DNA from: Acanthaster planci
Lineage: Eukaryota
NCBI RefSeq assembly: GCF_001949145.1
Contig: NW_019091358.1
Span: 1,746,240 to 1,810,239, forward strand
Length of the DNA stretch: 64,000 nt
Direction: 5' to 3'
Shown: positions 14,901 through 29,900 of the stretch, one piece after another
Layout of the letters: every line of letters starts with the position of its first letter
How positions within the stretch are numbered: position 1 is the first letter of the stretch
Position numbers and translations under genes: made by a program
Notes under the pieces: generated by a model
What the model saw: the letters and a program-made list of their open reading frames with translations, nothing else
The model's database searches: none
What the model was told of the DNA's origin: nothing

Positions 14901-17900
14901 CATATCTTCCCACCATGCACTGGTCACATTTGATTCCATCAACGTTAGCGCGGCAGGGACACAGGCCATCCTGTCCACACTGAAGGCTGACGGAGCCAAA
15001 CTCATTGCAGTCACAGGCCTGGCAGCCCTGAGAGGAGAAGTTGTAGAAGTTGGGCAGGCAGACGTTGCAGCGACGATCCCCAACGCCTGGGCGGCAGGGG
15101 CACTGGCCGGTGGAATGGTCACAAAGGTTGCCACTGGAACCGACAGGGTCACAGTTACAATCTATGGGCAGTTTTACAAGACAAAAAAAAAGATGAATTG
15201 GCTTTCTTCAAATCTGCCTTGAGCTGAAGTGCACCATCATTGGCACAAGGGAGCAACAGCTTGGTGGGGGGAGAGGAAGTTTCAACCAGGCTCCCTCAAG
15301 CACCTGGCTTACACAAGGAAACCACACCTTGAAGCAGAAATTGTTTAAATGACTGTTGGACTGTTGTTGTTGTTGAATGACCCTCTCTTGTTCCCCCTCA
15401 GAGCGGATGGGGTGCTTTCACTCATCCTTGAGACACAATGCACACACCCCCATGTTGAAGGCAAAGACTGCAGTACCACACACAGTATTCATGTATTAAT
15501 CAAGCCTTCAAAGCTTTGATAAACGATAAAAAGTATGAGAAATACGTGTATGTAGAGCCACCACCTAGTGCTGGAGTGGAACAATAAAGACAACCATACA
15601 TGTACATAGTACACATGGTGACCAATCCCTAACAGTCCCAAATCCTCTGATTTCATTATGATTTTACATACACCCTAGGGGTTACGGTTACGTCACCTAA
15701 GAAAGAATTTGTGGTTATTTTATGTGAAAATACATGTATGCTTTAACTGTCCAGTTTACACAGTGCATGTACACATCCTCACCAAACGCTCCCCTATAGA
15801 AATGGTATCTGATCTTGGGAAAATCAAGTTGTCACATGGTCCTTTCACATCTTTTTATCAGACCCTATTAACATTTTGAACCACTAGATGGATAAGAACT
15901 TATTCCAGTGGATTGATAACTGGATTCTGGACGGCACAAAAAACAACTAGGAATTTCTCCATCATTCTGAGCATATCTTATTCCACATTTTGAACATTTG
16001 CTGAGAAAAGCAGCACACTAAGTTTGCAGAAAGTGAACTTCAGCTTATCCAAACCTGAAATGCTCATCCTTACATCTGACATTCTTTTCTAATAGCCTTT
16101 TGCAGTCTCTGATTGCTTCATCTTGCCTCGCTTTAAACAATATTCTAATTGTGAAAAACTGCTCCAGTCAGAAAGTAAAATATCCCTGACAAATCATGTT
16201 GAGCATGGTGAACAACATTCTGTAGGGTTTGGGATAAAGTTTGGTGTTAGTGGCCAACAAGTACACTGAAAGGACAGTTCCTTGTGTAAAACTAAAGTCA
16301 AAATGTGCAGGGAAAACATTTTGAAGAATAAAGATGCAACTGTCACAAACCTTGACAGTTGCGCACAGATGCATTTCCAAAGGTGAAGTCCAGGCACCTC
16401 TCGCAGTTGAACCCTGTTGTCCGTGATCCGCAAGACAGACACTGGCCTGTGACTGTGTTGCACTGATCCGTGTTCCCGTTGCAGAAGCAAGGTGTGCAGA
16501 AGCCGTTAGGGAGATGAGGCTCACCATAGTGGAATACATCACACCTGTAGAAAGGAAGGAAAAAGATTGAAAGAAAGTGAATCACCAGTTAAATCATTCC
16601 ATGAAATTGACGAATGACTGGTGACATTTGGGTATTTGTAGTTAAAGTGAAACAGCCACCGAAAGTAACTGTTGCTCCTAACGTTGCTTTTGACTCTTCC
16701 TCTGCTTCTCAAATATTTCAGAGCATTTTGAAATTGTTCAGTCTGGTATTTTAAAGGAAACCTGGATTCTGGATGTCATCGGGACACCACATTATTGTTA
16801 TCAGGTTTGGTTAATACTCTGATTTTTACACCAGATTCCTGCAAATAACGAGCCTAGCACACAGCTAATATGCTTCTAACTTGAATTTTGGAAATTTAAT
16901 CTGACATTTTACAGCCACTCAATGAAATCTTTCAATTTACAACCAAAAAAGAAAAATAACAGTATGGGTTAATTGATTGATTTTTTTAGAATATCACCAA
17001 GACTTCACAATCACATTAAACTTCCAAAAACAGTGCATTATAACCAGTTTTCCTTTAAAAGATAACACCCTTATACTTGCAATAAAAACTTGGCCAAGTG
17101 CTACAAATGTTGAACGTTGTGAAATGATCCAGTTCCATCTTTGACGTAAACAAAGGTGAAAAATAAAGAAAAACCAATAAATGTGGTTCCTCCAGAAAGT
17201 TTTATAGTTTTAAATATTTTACTGTTTAATAAACATCCTGGATTAAAGAGAGTAAGCATGCTTCTTCAAAACTTTATCATTCTTCACTTCTGCAAATCAT
17301 CTTTGAAAACTGAGAGCTTTCTTGAGTCGCTATTTTTCTTGGGAAACTTGGGCTTGCTATGAATAAAGACCTGACTCCTGGATGGGGCTGAAATTGATTC
17401 AAATGCAATTTTGAGTTGCCAAAGCCTAATTGTAAGTACCGACTTTTGAGACCTTTATCCCAACAAAGTACTGAAATAGATGCATCTCACCTGTCACAGA
17501 GGGGTCCCAGATGGCCTGGATTGCATTGCAGGCAGGTGACGGTGCCATTAATCACCGAACATGCTGCTGACTGGGCTTGAGGGAGGCCGCAGGGACATTC
17601 TGTACAGTCATTGGGTGTTCCCTTGGTTGCATCACCATAGAAACCATCAGCACACTGCTCACAATTAAATCCTGTCAAGTGAATCAAAGAATATTACCAA
17701 AACCTTTAGAGTCAATTAATTAAATTTGTGGATTGTAAAAATTTCATTTTCATTTAAATCTGCCTTTATTGTATGTCTAATACGACTGCCTTTTTACTGC
17801 TCAATACTGCAAAGACCTAGCCATCCTGGAATCGCAGAAACATTTCTAATTATGCATGCTAATAATGTTATTGAGGGGCAAATACACTGAAATTGTTGAT

Positions 17901-20900
17901 GCCTTACCAGTGGTATTGTGGCTGCATTCTAGACACTGCCCAGTTTCAGGGTCACATGACCCACTGTGGCCATTACAATTGCATGCCACACATTCTCCAA
18001 AGAATGGATGACTGCTGACATTGGATCGTCGGTAACCCGTGGCACAATCCTGGAACAGAAGCAAATGGTCAGTTCCAACTTTCTCTCTGTAACCTCATAC
18101 CAGTTTGGTGGCTTAAAGTGTATTTAGTGATGAGGAAAAAGATACGCTGTTTTGGAAAATGCAACCAGACAGCGGTACTGCCTGGGCATGGTTGAAATGG
18201 AAGAAAGGAATATTGATTTCCTTAAACAGTGGTGCATGGAGACATTACATGACGACTTAATTTGCAACGGCAGCTCTGCCTTTAATTAATAGGTCAAGCA
18301 ATCATTCACTTTTGGTCCTGAGTGCCAGTGTCCAACAAAGAGATAGGGTGCTCCCATTGACCAATGGGACCCAAGGGCCATCGGCCACTGTAAAGACAAT
18401 AATCTACACACAGCACACAGTATGCAAGCCTTCAAAACTTTCGTTAACAGTAACAAGTACAAGCGAACACAGAGCCAACACTCAGTGCTGGATCAGCATA
18501 CATGTAATTACTCTACAAGTGGTAAACCATTAAACCATTAACCCTAACACTCCTCAGTCCTCCAGCAGGTGAAGGATTGAGGAGGGTTAGGGTTAACCAG
18601 TTTATTTTCACAAGAAAATATGCTTCACTGGCTATGTTGTAACCGAGTCATTTTTCTTCTGAAGTCCAGTCTAAGTCAAATTTTCCCAAGTCAAGTGTCA
18701 AGTCAAATTTTCGGCAAAGTCAAGTCAAGATTTCCCAAGTCAAATGTTAATTATTGTATGGGAGTAGTAGTTCTTTTCCAGCTGTTTATTAGTTTCTTCC
18801 CTTTATGCCTTCAGATCATGTATATGTATGGAGTATAAAGAATAATCGCTGCGCTGAACAATGAATGACACTACCTCTACGAATATGCACACATCAAGAT
18901 CACAGTCATGTTTCATTGGTTGCCATTCACACTGCCTTTACTCACATGTTGGGAATGAAGGAAACAATTTGTGAAGTGTGAACGGTACTTACAGTACATT
19001 TACAAGTCTATTCAGTCTCTCTCAAGTGGTTTCCTTCATTCCCAACATGTAAGTAGAGGCAATGCAAATGGCAGAAGTCTGATCCACGGCTTAACAAGAC
19101 TATACTCAAAAGCAGGCTATAGGAGTAGTGAGGTTATACCAAGATGAAAGAAAGGTTACTATTGATCATTCATTCGTGCAAAGAGATCCGAGAGTAATGC
19201 ACACTCAACATTTCCCTGCACCTGTGAGTATCCAAAGTAATACATGCAAGGGCATAACCTGATGAAGTACAGTGTAGCTGTAGTTAGTAATTACAACAGT
19301 CCATGCTGTACTTTACATTCCAGTTTATTTAAAGTGCCTTCTGTCTTTTGTGTATCCTACCTAGTAAAATTTATAAGCTGCTTGAAAAAAATTGATTTTT
19401 ATTCCGTAAACAATGCTGAATTCTCATGGAGGGGTTAGTATTTGTTTGTGTACCTCACAGGAATATCCTGAGTACCCAATGCCACAGCTGCACTGTTCCA
19501 CGGAGAGTGCTCTCGCTGCCAAGGGGTTGTACAAGGGTGAATTCCTATCAGTGGCTGTGGAGTAAGACACTTCACCAATGCTGTAATGACAAGACAAAAT
19601 AGTAACATTAACAACAAAATCAATGTAGTAATGTAATGTACAATCAGGAAGAAAAATGATTTTTTTAAATGCTTTTCAAAACAAATGCACCAAAACCAAA
19701 ATGGACATTTCAGATGTGGCAAAACCGGTACTGAAAGGACCCATTCCATCATGAGAAAGTCAAAATAAAATCTGCAGAGGTTTTTGTCCATTCCAAATTA
19801 TGGTCAGAAAATTTTAGCCTCTGGAAACTATTTCCCTGAACATCTCCCAATTAACAGTACCATGGTGTAAATTGTATATGTGGAAATGTTTTACGGGGGA
19901 TGAAAAAATTGTTCAAAGACAATAAAGTTCCTTTAATCCACTAGAAATTTTCCCAACAGAGGGAAATTTCCAAACAACCCATTATCAACCAGGACACAGT
20001 GTGTGCCATCATACTGGAACTTTCCAGATAAGTAATAGTGTCCATCATCTACAGTGACATACCTGTCTGGAGTCTGATGGATAGAACTATTAATGACAAT
20101 GAGTAAAAACATAAGGCTTCACTCAAGATGGAGCCTACCTCGACTGGTGGGTCACTACTGTGAGTGATGCCGACACAAAGATTCCCTCCACTGAGCTGAG
20201 GGTCCGCAAGAAATCAGACCGGTCCACGGACGCTCCTGAGCCCTCTATGATAAATTCCGTCTCGGTGATTTGTATGGAAAAGGCTTGCAGGGAACTCAAT
20301 GGCACCATTCCCAGGCTACGTGTGTACGTATTCAACGGGCCCTACAAAGGAAGACAATGGACATAATTTGCTGGCAATTTTGCAGCAAACTGAGCAGGGG
20401 TTTATGGGGAAAATTCTTGTAAAAGCTTCTAAAGCCATATATATAATCTATTCTACACTTAAAGTTCCATAATGGACTGACATATGTATGTTTTGAAGCC
20501 TAATGATTTTAATAATCACTGAATACCCATTTCACACACAAATTGGAATACTTGTGTCTTTACATATTTGAACTTAGAAAGTTTGGCCAATGTCTGACAT
20601 ATTTACTCAGTCACGTATCATACACAAATGATGTATCGCAAGAGACGTAGACTAATTCACTTCTTTTCCTGAGCTGATACCTTCATATAAATCTTGGCCT
20701 CTTTGGCAACGGCAGCTCCCGGTGGACCCTGGGCCGTATAACGTACGGAGAACTGCAAGGGGCTTCCATACACGCCCAGCAGGTTGCCCGTCAAGGATGG
20801 CAACATCCAGAAGGCATCCTGACTCCCTTGAACTGTCACGGCAATGAAGTCTGTGTTGTTGAAGGGTGCTGCCATGGGTGCACCAGGGAAGGGGGCTAGC

Positions 20901-23900
20901 GTGGTGAGGTCCGAAACCAAGGACCAATTACTTAGGAGACTGGCGTCAGTCGGAAGGTTGTACTACAGAAATTGGAAAATGAAATTAATAAAAAATCATG
21001 GCTTTAGGAAGAGCAGTAATCAACTGATACTGTGAACATTCCCTTTGTCCTGCAATATTTTTGTGGTCATCTATCTTTGAAGTCTCACAATGTTACAGAT
21101 GTAATTCAAACAATTCATGCCCAGAAACTCATACTTTAAGGGCATCAAAAAACATTGCAAGCAATACCCATGCAAGCCTCTGAAAGTGTACATATATACA
21201 GGTATACACACAATGTATGATGTACGCTTGGCATGTATGTTCACTTGAGATTTTAGTGGCTATGGCTTTGGCATTTGCTATAAGCACCCAACAGTGGATA
21301 GCCACAGCTTTAGACAGTGATACATACAGTATGGCACAGCCTGCAAACAAAGATAGACGACCAGAGCGTTGGTATGATGTCCAAGATGTCAGTGCAAGCC
21401 AACGACAATTAACAATTGTTGGGAAGCTGAATATACGAAATGTTTACTGCTTTAGAGTTTTTATGCTCAGCTTAGGTAACAAGTAATGATCATGGAAAAG
21501 TGAAAAAGTGAGTAACTCAGTTCACAGTCCTTCTTAATAATACCTGATTGATTGTATCCTGAGTGCTGTCGCATACTGCTGTGATTCCCATGCAAATGCA
21601 CTGTAGACACCCAGTTTGGTGGAGGGGTGAATTGAAAAAGCTTCCAGGCGTGCAACTACCACACGTCAAACCTTCAGTCAACTCCTGATGGGGCAAGCAA
21701 AGGTAAACCATTTTCGGATGTGAAACAACTTCACCTAAACTCTTGCCTTAAATCTTTGAACTGAGTACTGAAGGACTTAGCTACTGCGGTTTAAATGAGA
21801 AGTCATATCAGATATTTGAGGCAAAAATTAGTCAGATGGAGCTGTTTCCAAGGATGTCAGTGTCAATATCCTTGCAGTGCGATTCTAAGTGGCAAATAAA
21901 AAGATCCTGTATTTGCGTCCTTGATGAGCAGGGCACATCGCTACAGCTCTTTCTCACCCATGATCAAAGCATTGATTTCGACCTGTTTTGCAAACATCTA
22001 CATGTAGCAACCTGTTTGGCCGACAATTCAAACATACCTGCACCCCCAGCCTGTTTAACCGATAATTCAAACATACAAAGGTTGAAAATGAGCACCAAAT
22101 TCTTGCATTTTGTGCACAGTATTTCACAGGTTGGGTATTCTCACTGAAGTCCAGCCGTGAAGTGAAGTAAAGTTTTCCTTGAATCAGTGCTTAGAAATTG
22201 CAGGTAACACGCAATACCCTTTAATGCATTGTTTCCTGCTGCTGCATTGGAGCTGGAACAGATGGTTGGAAACAACTTGATAGCATTTTTTGAAAAACTA
22301 TGAGAACAGTGTTCTTGGGGTTTGTTCATTTCCTTTCCTTTTAAAAGCGAGTAAAAAGCCCCCCAAAAGAGGTACATGTACATGTATAGCGTCATCACTA
22401 AGAAAAGCCATAAAAGAAAACAAGAAAACTTTCCTAGTCCCCCCCCCAAAATGGTCCTGGATCTGCACTTGGAGACAAAATTTGGAGGAAACCAACAGGT
22501 GGTCATTAGCTGTGTTGTAACATTGACTAGGGAGAAAGACTGTACCTTGCATGGACACTGGCCTGTTGTCTTGTTACAGGTGGTCCCCAGACTGCCCGCC
22601 AGATCGCACTGGCATGTAGTGCAACCGCTGAAGGTCAATCCCTGAAAGCCATCCAGGCACTGGTTGCACCTCATGCCCCCTACCCCCAGTTTGCATGTGC
22701 ACAGTCCCGTTGTCAGATCACACTGGGGATTAACTGACCCCAAGGGGTCACAGTTGCAGAGCTGGTGGGGTCAATGATTCAGAAAAATGAGAATAAAGAA
22801 TCAGGTTTTGAGGTATTAGCAGCTCTATAGTTCAAAAAGCTGGTTGAGGTCAAAAATTTGAGCTGAGGACAAAAGTTAAAGATGCAATTAAGGAGCCCAA
22901 TAGTTTAGAAAAAAAGAGATACTGGTCACAAGAACATTACAAATTATACATTATTATACATGTACAGTGTATAATGCACAATGTACTTTATTATGCATGG
23001 TCTGCATATGCATGGTCTGGTAGAGTTCTTTGGTTGTTACCAGTGCAGCACATTGACTGCTACAGGTATAGTTCCTCTGGCTGTGAAAAGCTAGATAGCA
23101 AATCTAGCGAATCACATGACTTGCTCTCAGCCAATAAGGAATATTAAGGATACAGGTTCTGTGTGTGAGGAGTTACAAAACGAATGAGAACGCATCTAGC
23201 TGAGTAGGCCTATGCGCACTTCTTGTAAGATGATGGAATAATGGGTGGATCCTATGGTGATTTCAAGTGATGCATTAGTGATAGTGTCTTCAACTGGTGT
23301 AGTATGAAATATTGTTCCCTGCACACAATGCTCTCCATAGCGAAAGAGTTTCTGACTGCACATACCTGACATCCATTAGTGCTGTCAAGTCCCCATGCAA
23401 ATGTGACACAGCGATCACATCTCTGGCCAGCAGTGTTTGGGGAACAACCACACTGTCCTGTTGTCATGTCACAGACTTTATCATCCCCAAAGCAATTGCA
23501 GGCTGTAATAGAGGACAATTTTGAAACATGGCAAAATGGACTTCACTCCAGAAGATTTCACTCCAATCAATGGCCCAATGTCATGCCACAGCTTAGTTGT
23601 GTTTTCTATGGCAGAAAAGTGTGCAAGCCATAAGCACTATTTCATGGCCATGCTTGGTGCGATTCTACTTAAGGTTGCACGTGGATAAAGATTTCTATTG
23701 TTTTTTCACTACATTAGGTAAATTTTCCACCAACTCAAGCATACCTTTTGCCATGCTTACTGTATTCATGAAAAATGAAGAGCCTCTGTTAGCTTAAAAT
23801 CTTGTGCTCATTTGCACCGTGAAACTGTGCCCAGATTTTTGCACAAATAAATTCATTAACAGCCTGATGAACTCGGCTATACCAACAAGTGTCCATCAAA

Positions 23901-26900
23901 AAATGTCATCTGTAAAAAGATATAAAGCACATCCCTTCACAAATTCCTTTATCTGTTAACCAGAGAAACAAAGAGAACATCATCAACAGACTTCTTAAAA
24001 AACAAGAAGGAATCACTGGTACTTAACAAATGGACACCATTCAATGGTAAATTCATAAGTATGTGTCAATCGACCACCTATGTATACAATGAGCCAGTTT
24101 GGTATCCCAACAGCACACATTCAGTATGTGGGAATAGCTACAATGCACACAATAGTCTGTCCTATCATTGTATAGCCATATGATTTAATATTCAAGCACA
24201 TACTTTGTTCCCAAAAGACCTTGGCTTTTTGAAATACCAAACTGGCTCATTCAAGCAGTGCATATCATTCTTTATACATATTCCCTCCCCCTCTAAATAA
24301 AAAGAACAGAAACAAAAAAGGCCCAAAAGACAGACCAACGTACGTGTACATCCAGTGCTTCTGAAGGCATAAAATTCTGGTAGGCACATATCGCACATCT
24401 GGCCCCCAACACCAGGCTTGCATTCACACTGTCCACCGTACGACTCACACTGCAGTGTGACACTGCCGGTGGGGTTACAGTTGCATGGCATAGCCCCGTC
24501 AAAGTAGAACGTAGTCAAGGTGAACACGTTGGCAAGGCAGAACATCTCTTGACTTGTGCCAATTCTGTCAGAAAAAACAGGTTAGAATTCCAATAATTTC
24601 TGTAGTAGGACTCTAAGTTCTACAGATCCTGATGAAAAGAACTTTTGTTGTTCTGGTCTTTGCTGTGGTGTTTGTTGATAGTTAAAAACAATAAAGAACA
24701 TATATGGAAACAAACAGCCATAAATTTGTGCTCCATGAAATTAAAGCATTTTCAGATCCTGTAGGCCCACAGAACATTACATTGCATTTTTTCAAAGATG
24801 AGACATCCTTTGGAAGGAGAAGGATGTCATCAAGCCTGCACTGGTTTTTGTGTGCTTGAGATGTACCGTGCTGAGTACGTGTGACTAATTTCTTGGAATT
24901 GGACAGCCTTTGCGTGTGATCACTCAATTTTGGTATGGACTTCCTTGCATAGCCAATTATGACATATTGCCCAGTGCATGAAATTTGGTTGGTCTGTATA
25001 ACAGCCCTTTATGAATGCACGTTTATTACCACTATGTCTTTGGTAAGCAAGAAATCCATTAAAAAGAAACAATCCAAATCAAACTATTCATCATTGTTAG
25101 TGGGTGACTGCATGTCTGAGACAACTGCCGGTTCCCATTAGCTGCCTGGTTGATTGGTCAAAATTCAACTATTGCTCATTAAACCACAGTAACGGACATG
25201 CCTGCCATCATGGTTAAACTGATATAACCCCAAGCTCAATCAGATTTGGTGGAAGTCAGTTTCATCAAGCTGTCAGTCCAACCAGTTGCTGTACATGCAC
25301 AATTTGGAGCAGACTGAACAAAAAGCCAGAGGAGGCAATCACCAGAGCAACTAGATTCCTTCTGATGGTCAAGAAACTGCTCCGACATTTAACACCTGTA
25401 AGCACAAGTTTCAGGAAAAGACAACATTGATGTATGGTAAACTGCCATTTCAATGTTGTCTGATCTTTTGACACAGGTGTGTCTACCAGCAGGGACATGA
25501 GGGAAGAAGCATTCTTCAGCGACATAAAGCACTACGTCAAGCGTGGTTTCCAGCCAAAGCCATTTCAGGAAAACAGAGAACAGAGGGGTCTCATATCTGA
25601 GCTTTACAGGACCTACATTTAGCAAGCCTTTTTGTTCATTTTGAAAACCAACCCAAGTAACAGTACTTAGCAATGAGTTCTTACTCATATTCCTGGGATG
25701 GTGGAAATTACCCTGTACTTGACACCACTTTCCTTTTAACTACCGATATAGTCACTGGCTTGCTAGCCACCTTTGGGAATCTCTTTAGTCTTTTAGTGAT
25801 ACGAGCAACGCCCGAAACCGCTGTTCCGGATGGCACAAAGGTGTTTATGCTGACACTGACATCCACTGATTTCTTAACTGGCACAACGTACATTATTAGT
25901 CTCATTATCCGAGCTACTGAGGTGAACAAGGCTGGCATTTTCATCTGCAAAGGGAATGCTGTTGTCCAGTTGGCACTGTTTGTGATGTCCATCTATGTGT
26001 TGGTCTTCATTGGAGTTGACCGCTATCTCGCAGTCACTCGCCCGCTACGGTACATTACTTTGATGACAAAGAGACGTGCCATTGTAACTTCATTCACAGT
26101 GTGCTTTCTTGCGATGGCATCTGCAGTGACAATCAGCAGCATATATGGAGTAATGTACGAGCCTTATATATTAGGCTGCTACCCCAGATTTGTCACCACT
26201 GACTGCACAGTATCTGCCGTAATCCACTTCACCATCATTCTTCTCCCAAATGCCATACTGGTGGGCATCTATACAAAATTGATAGGGGTAAGTCACCATC
26301 ATGCAGTGCGAATTCGTCAACTACCAGTCACAGGTCACAGCAGTAAAGTCAGGAACGATCGATCACCCAACCCTCCTGAGGTGAGATCCTTCGCCGAACG
26401 GAAGGCTCTCCAGATGTTTCTGCTGGTGAACCTTGCTCTTCTTGTCACCTGGCTCCCACGATGCATCGCTGTTCTGCACACATGCTATGTGTATGACAAA
26501 TTTGATTATACTGCTACAGTTTTGCTAGCGTTATCTTACTTCACTACAAGCAGTAGCAGCTGGGTCAATCCGATAATATACACACTCACAAGTAAGATGT
26601 TCCGTAAAAATGCTCTAAAATTGTTGAAGTGTTACCCAAACTAATGCACTGCACAATTTAGCAGGTGCTAATTCACACATATCATCAACATTTTCAGGAA
26701 GTGATGAGCATGTAGACTTTTCATAAACGAAAACTGTTTTTGAAATGATTGTGAAAGAAGTTCTGTTTTGAAAACTTCAGAAACAACTACTTTTAAACAA
26801 CTTTTGCAGTAAGAAAACCCTGACATAATCCTTGAAAGGTAAACTTTCACATGAACCCAATAATTAGAGTGAACACAAGGGTTAATTATCCAAAGACGTG

Positions 26901-29900
26901 TGCATATTTACGTGTACACTTTTGAGAAAGTAACAAAAATGTCCATCCCTCAAAGAGGAAAACCACTTGACCCACATAAACTTTTGTACCTTTCTGGGCA
27001 ACATGTTTAGCGTGTTCGAGGGGTAGGAATGTTTGTATTTCTTCATGAAAATGCAAACATTCAGTTCTCCTTGAACAACAGAAAGCCACCTTAATCTTTA
27101 CATCAAGTGCTTTTAAATGGCATCGATTAGCACAGCTAAAAATGCTTCTTTCTGATGCCACAACCTGGGCTATGGTGGCACCAATGATCTACAGTACATG
27201 CAGTCTCTATTGAGGTTTCAAAACAAGTTTCTAACGGTTTTTGGCAGCTTCTCTGGTCTGATCTTTTTTACATTTAAAAAATTCCCTGGCTGTGCCACAC
27301 AAAAAAAATGCACTACTCAAAAAAAGTTAAGGACCACTTTTTATTTTGTGTGCACTTTTTTATATGACGTATTTTACTGCTGAAAATGTGCATTTGATGC
27401 TTTGAAACACTTTTTACATTTTTTTTTCAATGAGAACACCATCTATACAAACAAAAAATGAAAGAACTAGACCCCACTCATTGCTTGGTAAAAAATTACA
27501 AGTTAACAATAAAGTGATCCTTAACTTTTTGATAGTGTATTTATTATTAATTTTGTTTTCAATATTTCACATCTGCAGATGGTTTAGATGGATACATCTA
27601 TGTACAATATACATTTTCAGAAGAAGAATATTTAAACTAGTTTGAAGAACTATTCATGTTTTTCTTTTATCATATGGAAACACAGGCTTACGCGTGTCAT
27701 TTGTAGCTTTAGTGAATAGACAGTGTGGGATGACCTGTTTTGTTTTCAACACAAGCACTTACAAAACACGAACAGTTAGAAAGCACTTTGGCTCACAAAT
27801 TTAAACAATGTACCAGTGTTGTCCTTGAGTTCATTACAAGTCCCAGCAAGTCCATCACAATTCATTACATTAAGCCAAGACACAAGTTAATCTAATGAAC
27901 TGTGAAAAGAACACATCCTTGTCATCGTTCACCGTGTTTATGACTGATCTTGTGAAAGGACTTGTGAAGTGACCTGTGACAGAGTTGACTAAATGCTCTG
28001 TCACCATTGAATTCTGTGTAAAGTTGAAAGGCAGTTCTTGCTCTGTTACATTACAAAAATTATAAGTGATGTTTTTTAGTTTCAGTGTTTCCCTGTACAA
28101 GTACATAAAAACGTTGTGGTTGTAAATCTGTAGTTGTTCTGTGAGTTGAATGGCTTATCATGCTTCATAAATACCGAAGCTCAATTCTCTACAAATAAAT
28201 GTACTTGCACTAGAAATGGCAAACTTATGGTGCGGCTATCTATTCCTTAGTGATCATGGTGGTTTAATACTTCTATACCATTGTATTTAAAACAGGACTG
28301 GGAAGCGACATCAAATAAAACCTGTGATTAAAAAAAATGATTATTTCCATTCATGCACATTATAAAAAAATTTGGTATTTTTTCCACTGTTTTATCAATG
28401 GCATTAAGCGGGCAATGTATATATACATGGTGCATCAGGCTCTTCGGCAAATACTGTACTTGACAGGTGTTTTGCTTGCATTACATAGCTAAATCAGTGT
28501 GAACATGCTGAATACATGTACTGCCTGTGCCACATGATATGCACCACGCCCATTCAAAAGGCTGTACTGTATAATTCCACTTTTGATATTATTTGAAGCC
28601 TAACAGTTAATACATGTAAAGACGTCTTTCCATATGCACCTATTTTGGGTGCGTAGCGTACACAATGTATTGTTTCACTTCCAGGGACAACAAAAACAGA
28701 CTCCATGAACATAAAACACATGTGCATTGCGATCGGCTGTCAAAATCGACTCGGGAGCCAATTTGACCGATACCCAACACTTGGCGCAAATGTTGACGTG
28801 CATGTGGAAAGACATTAAATCAAATAGTATTCTGGGAACAAACACCAAGACCTTTGGAAAGACGCAGGAGGGTAGGACAAGATTCCCAAGCAGCAATATG
28901 TAAAATAAGTAAACTAAATCTCTGGAGATGCTGTGACTGTAGTGACTGCATTCATACTTGAGTTCTCAAAAGTTATTAAAATTGTCAAAATGAAACTCGC
29001 ACATATCACCTGCGAAGAACACGGTACCAAAGTAGTCATGGAGTACAGTGCAAAGAAAATTGACTGCAGCAGGATTTGAACCTGCGATCTTTGGCATGCC
29101 ACACCTGTGCTCTACAAACTGTGCTATCCATCCCTGTATGTGGTGCTCAACTTGAAGGACTTTAAGGAGTACTACACAAAGTTTTTTCTGCCAAGTTTTA
29201 AAGACTGGATGGTGAAAAAAGTCAGCATTCACCTAGCCACGGAAAACTGAGAGAACTCGTGTGGACTGCATTTAATTCACAAATTACAATAACCGAACCC
29301 CTGTACAGATGCATTATAAATGATGACAAAAGAACCATGTTGCCAATGTTTACTACACAAGGATGGCTGTAATTAATAATCCGCATGTAAATTACAAACA
29401 AATCAGTCACTGGACACTAGACATTTTAAGGGAATCTACCAGCAACACCAGTGGAAAGGTTTTGAAAATGTTAACAATTCTCTTTCATAATATTGCACCT
29501 GTTGAATACACATTATTGACTGGCAACAAATTCATGTCTGGAACAAATGATACAGGTGTTGTGTACATCCATTAGTCCTAACAGTCATTTCTGAGGACTG
29601 CTCTGACCATGAACTTGTCAGTGCCCGGCAACAATGGCACATACATTTATACATGTAATTGTCTCCTGAAATATCAGCAAACATGAATTGTCAAATAATT
29701 TTCACTAATAGTGGAGTAGTTTGCAATCTGCAGTGATGCAGCTCAGCCTCCGATAAGTCCTTTGACACATTACCAGCGGGAAATTTCAAAGGTCATTCCC
29801 ATTTGCCAAACGTTGTACAAATGCGCACATATTTAATAGGTAAATTTCACGTGTCTGTTCCAACATGCGCATTTTACGGATGTACACCCTCAACACTGCC

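Noticed and set aside
18655..18745. CRISPR-like or satellite array
   Set aside because: Irregular 5-bp units with no unique spacers, in a eukaryotic intron. It fits transposon subterminal repeats.
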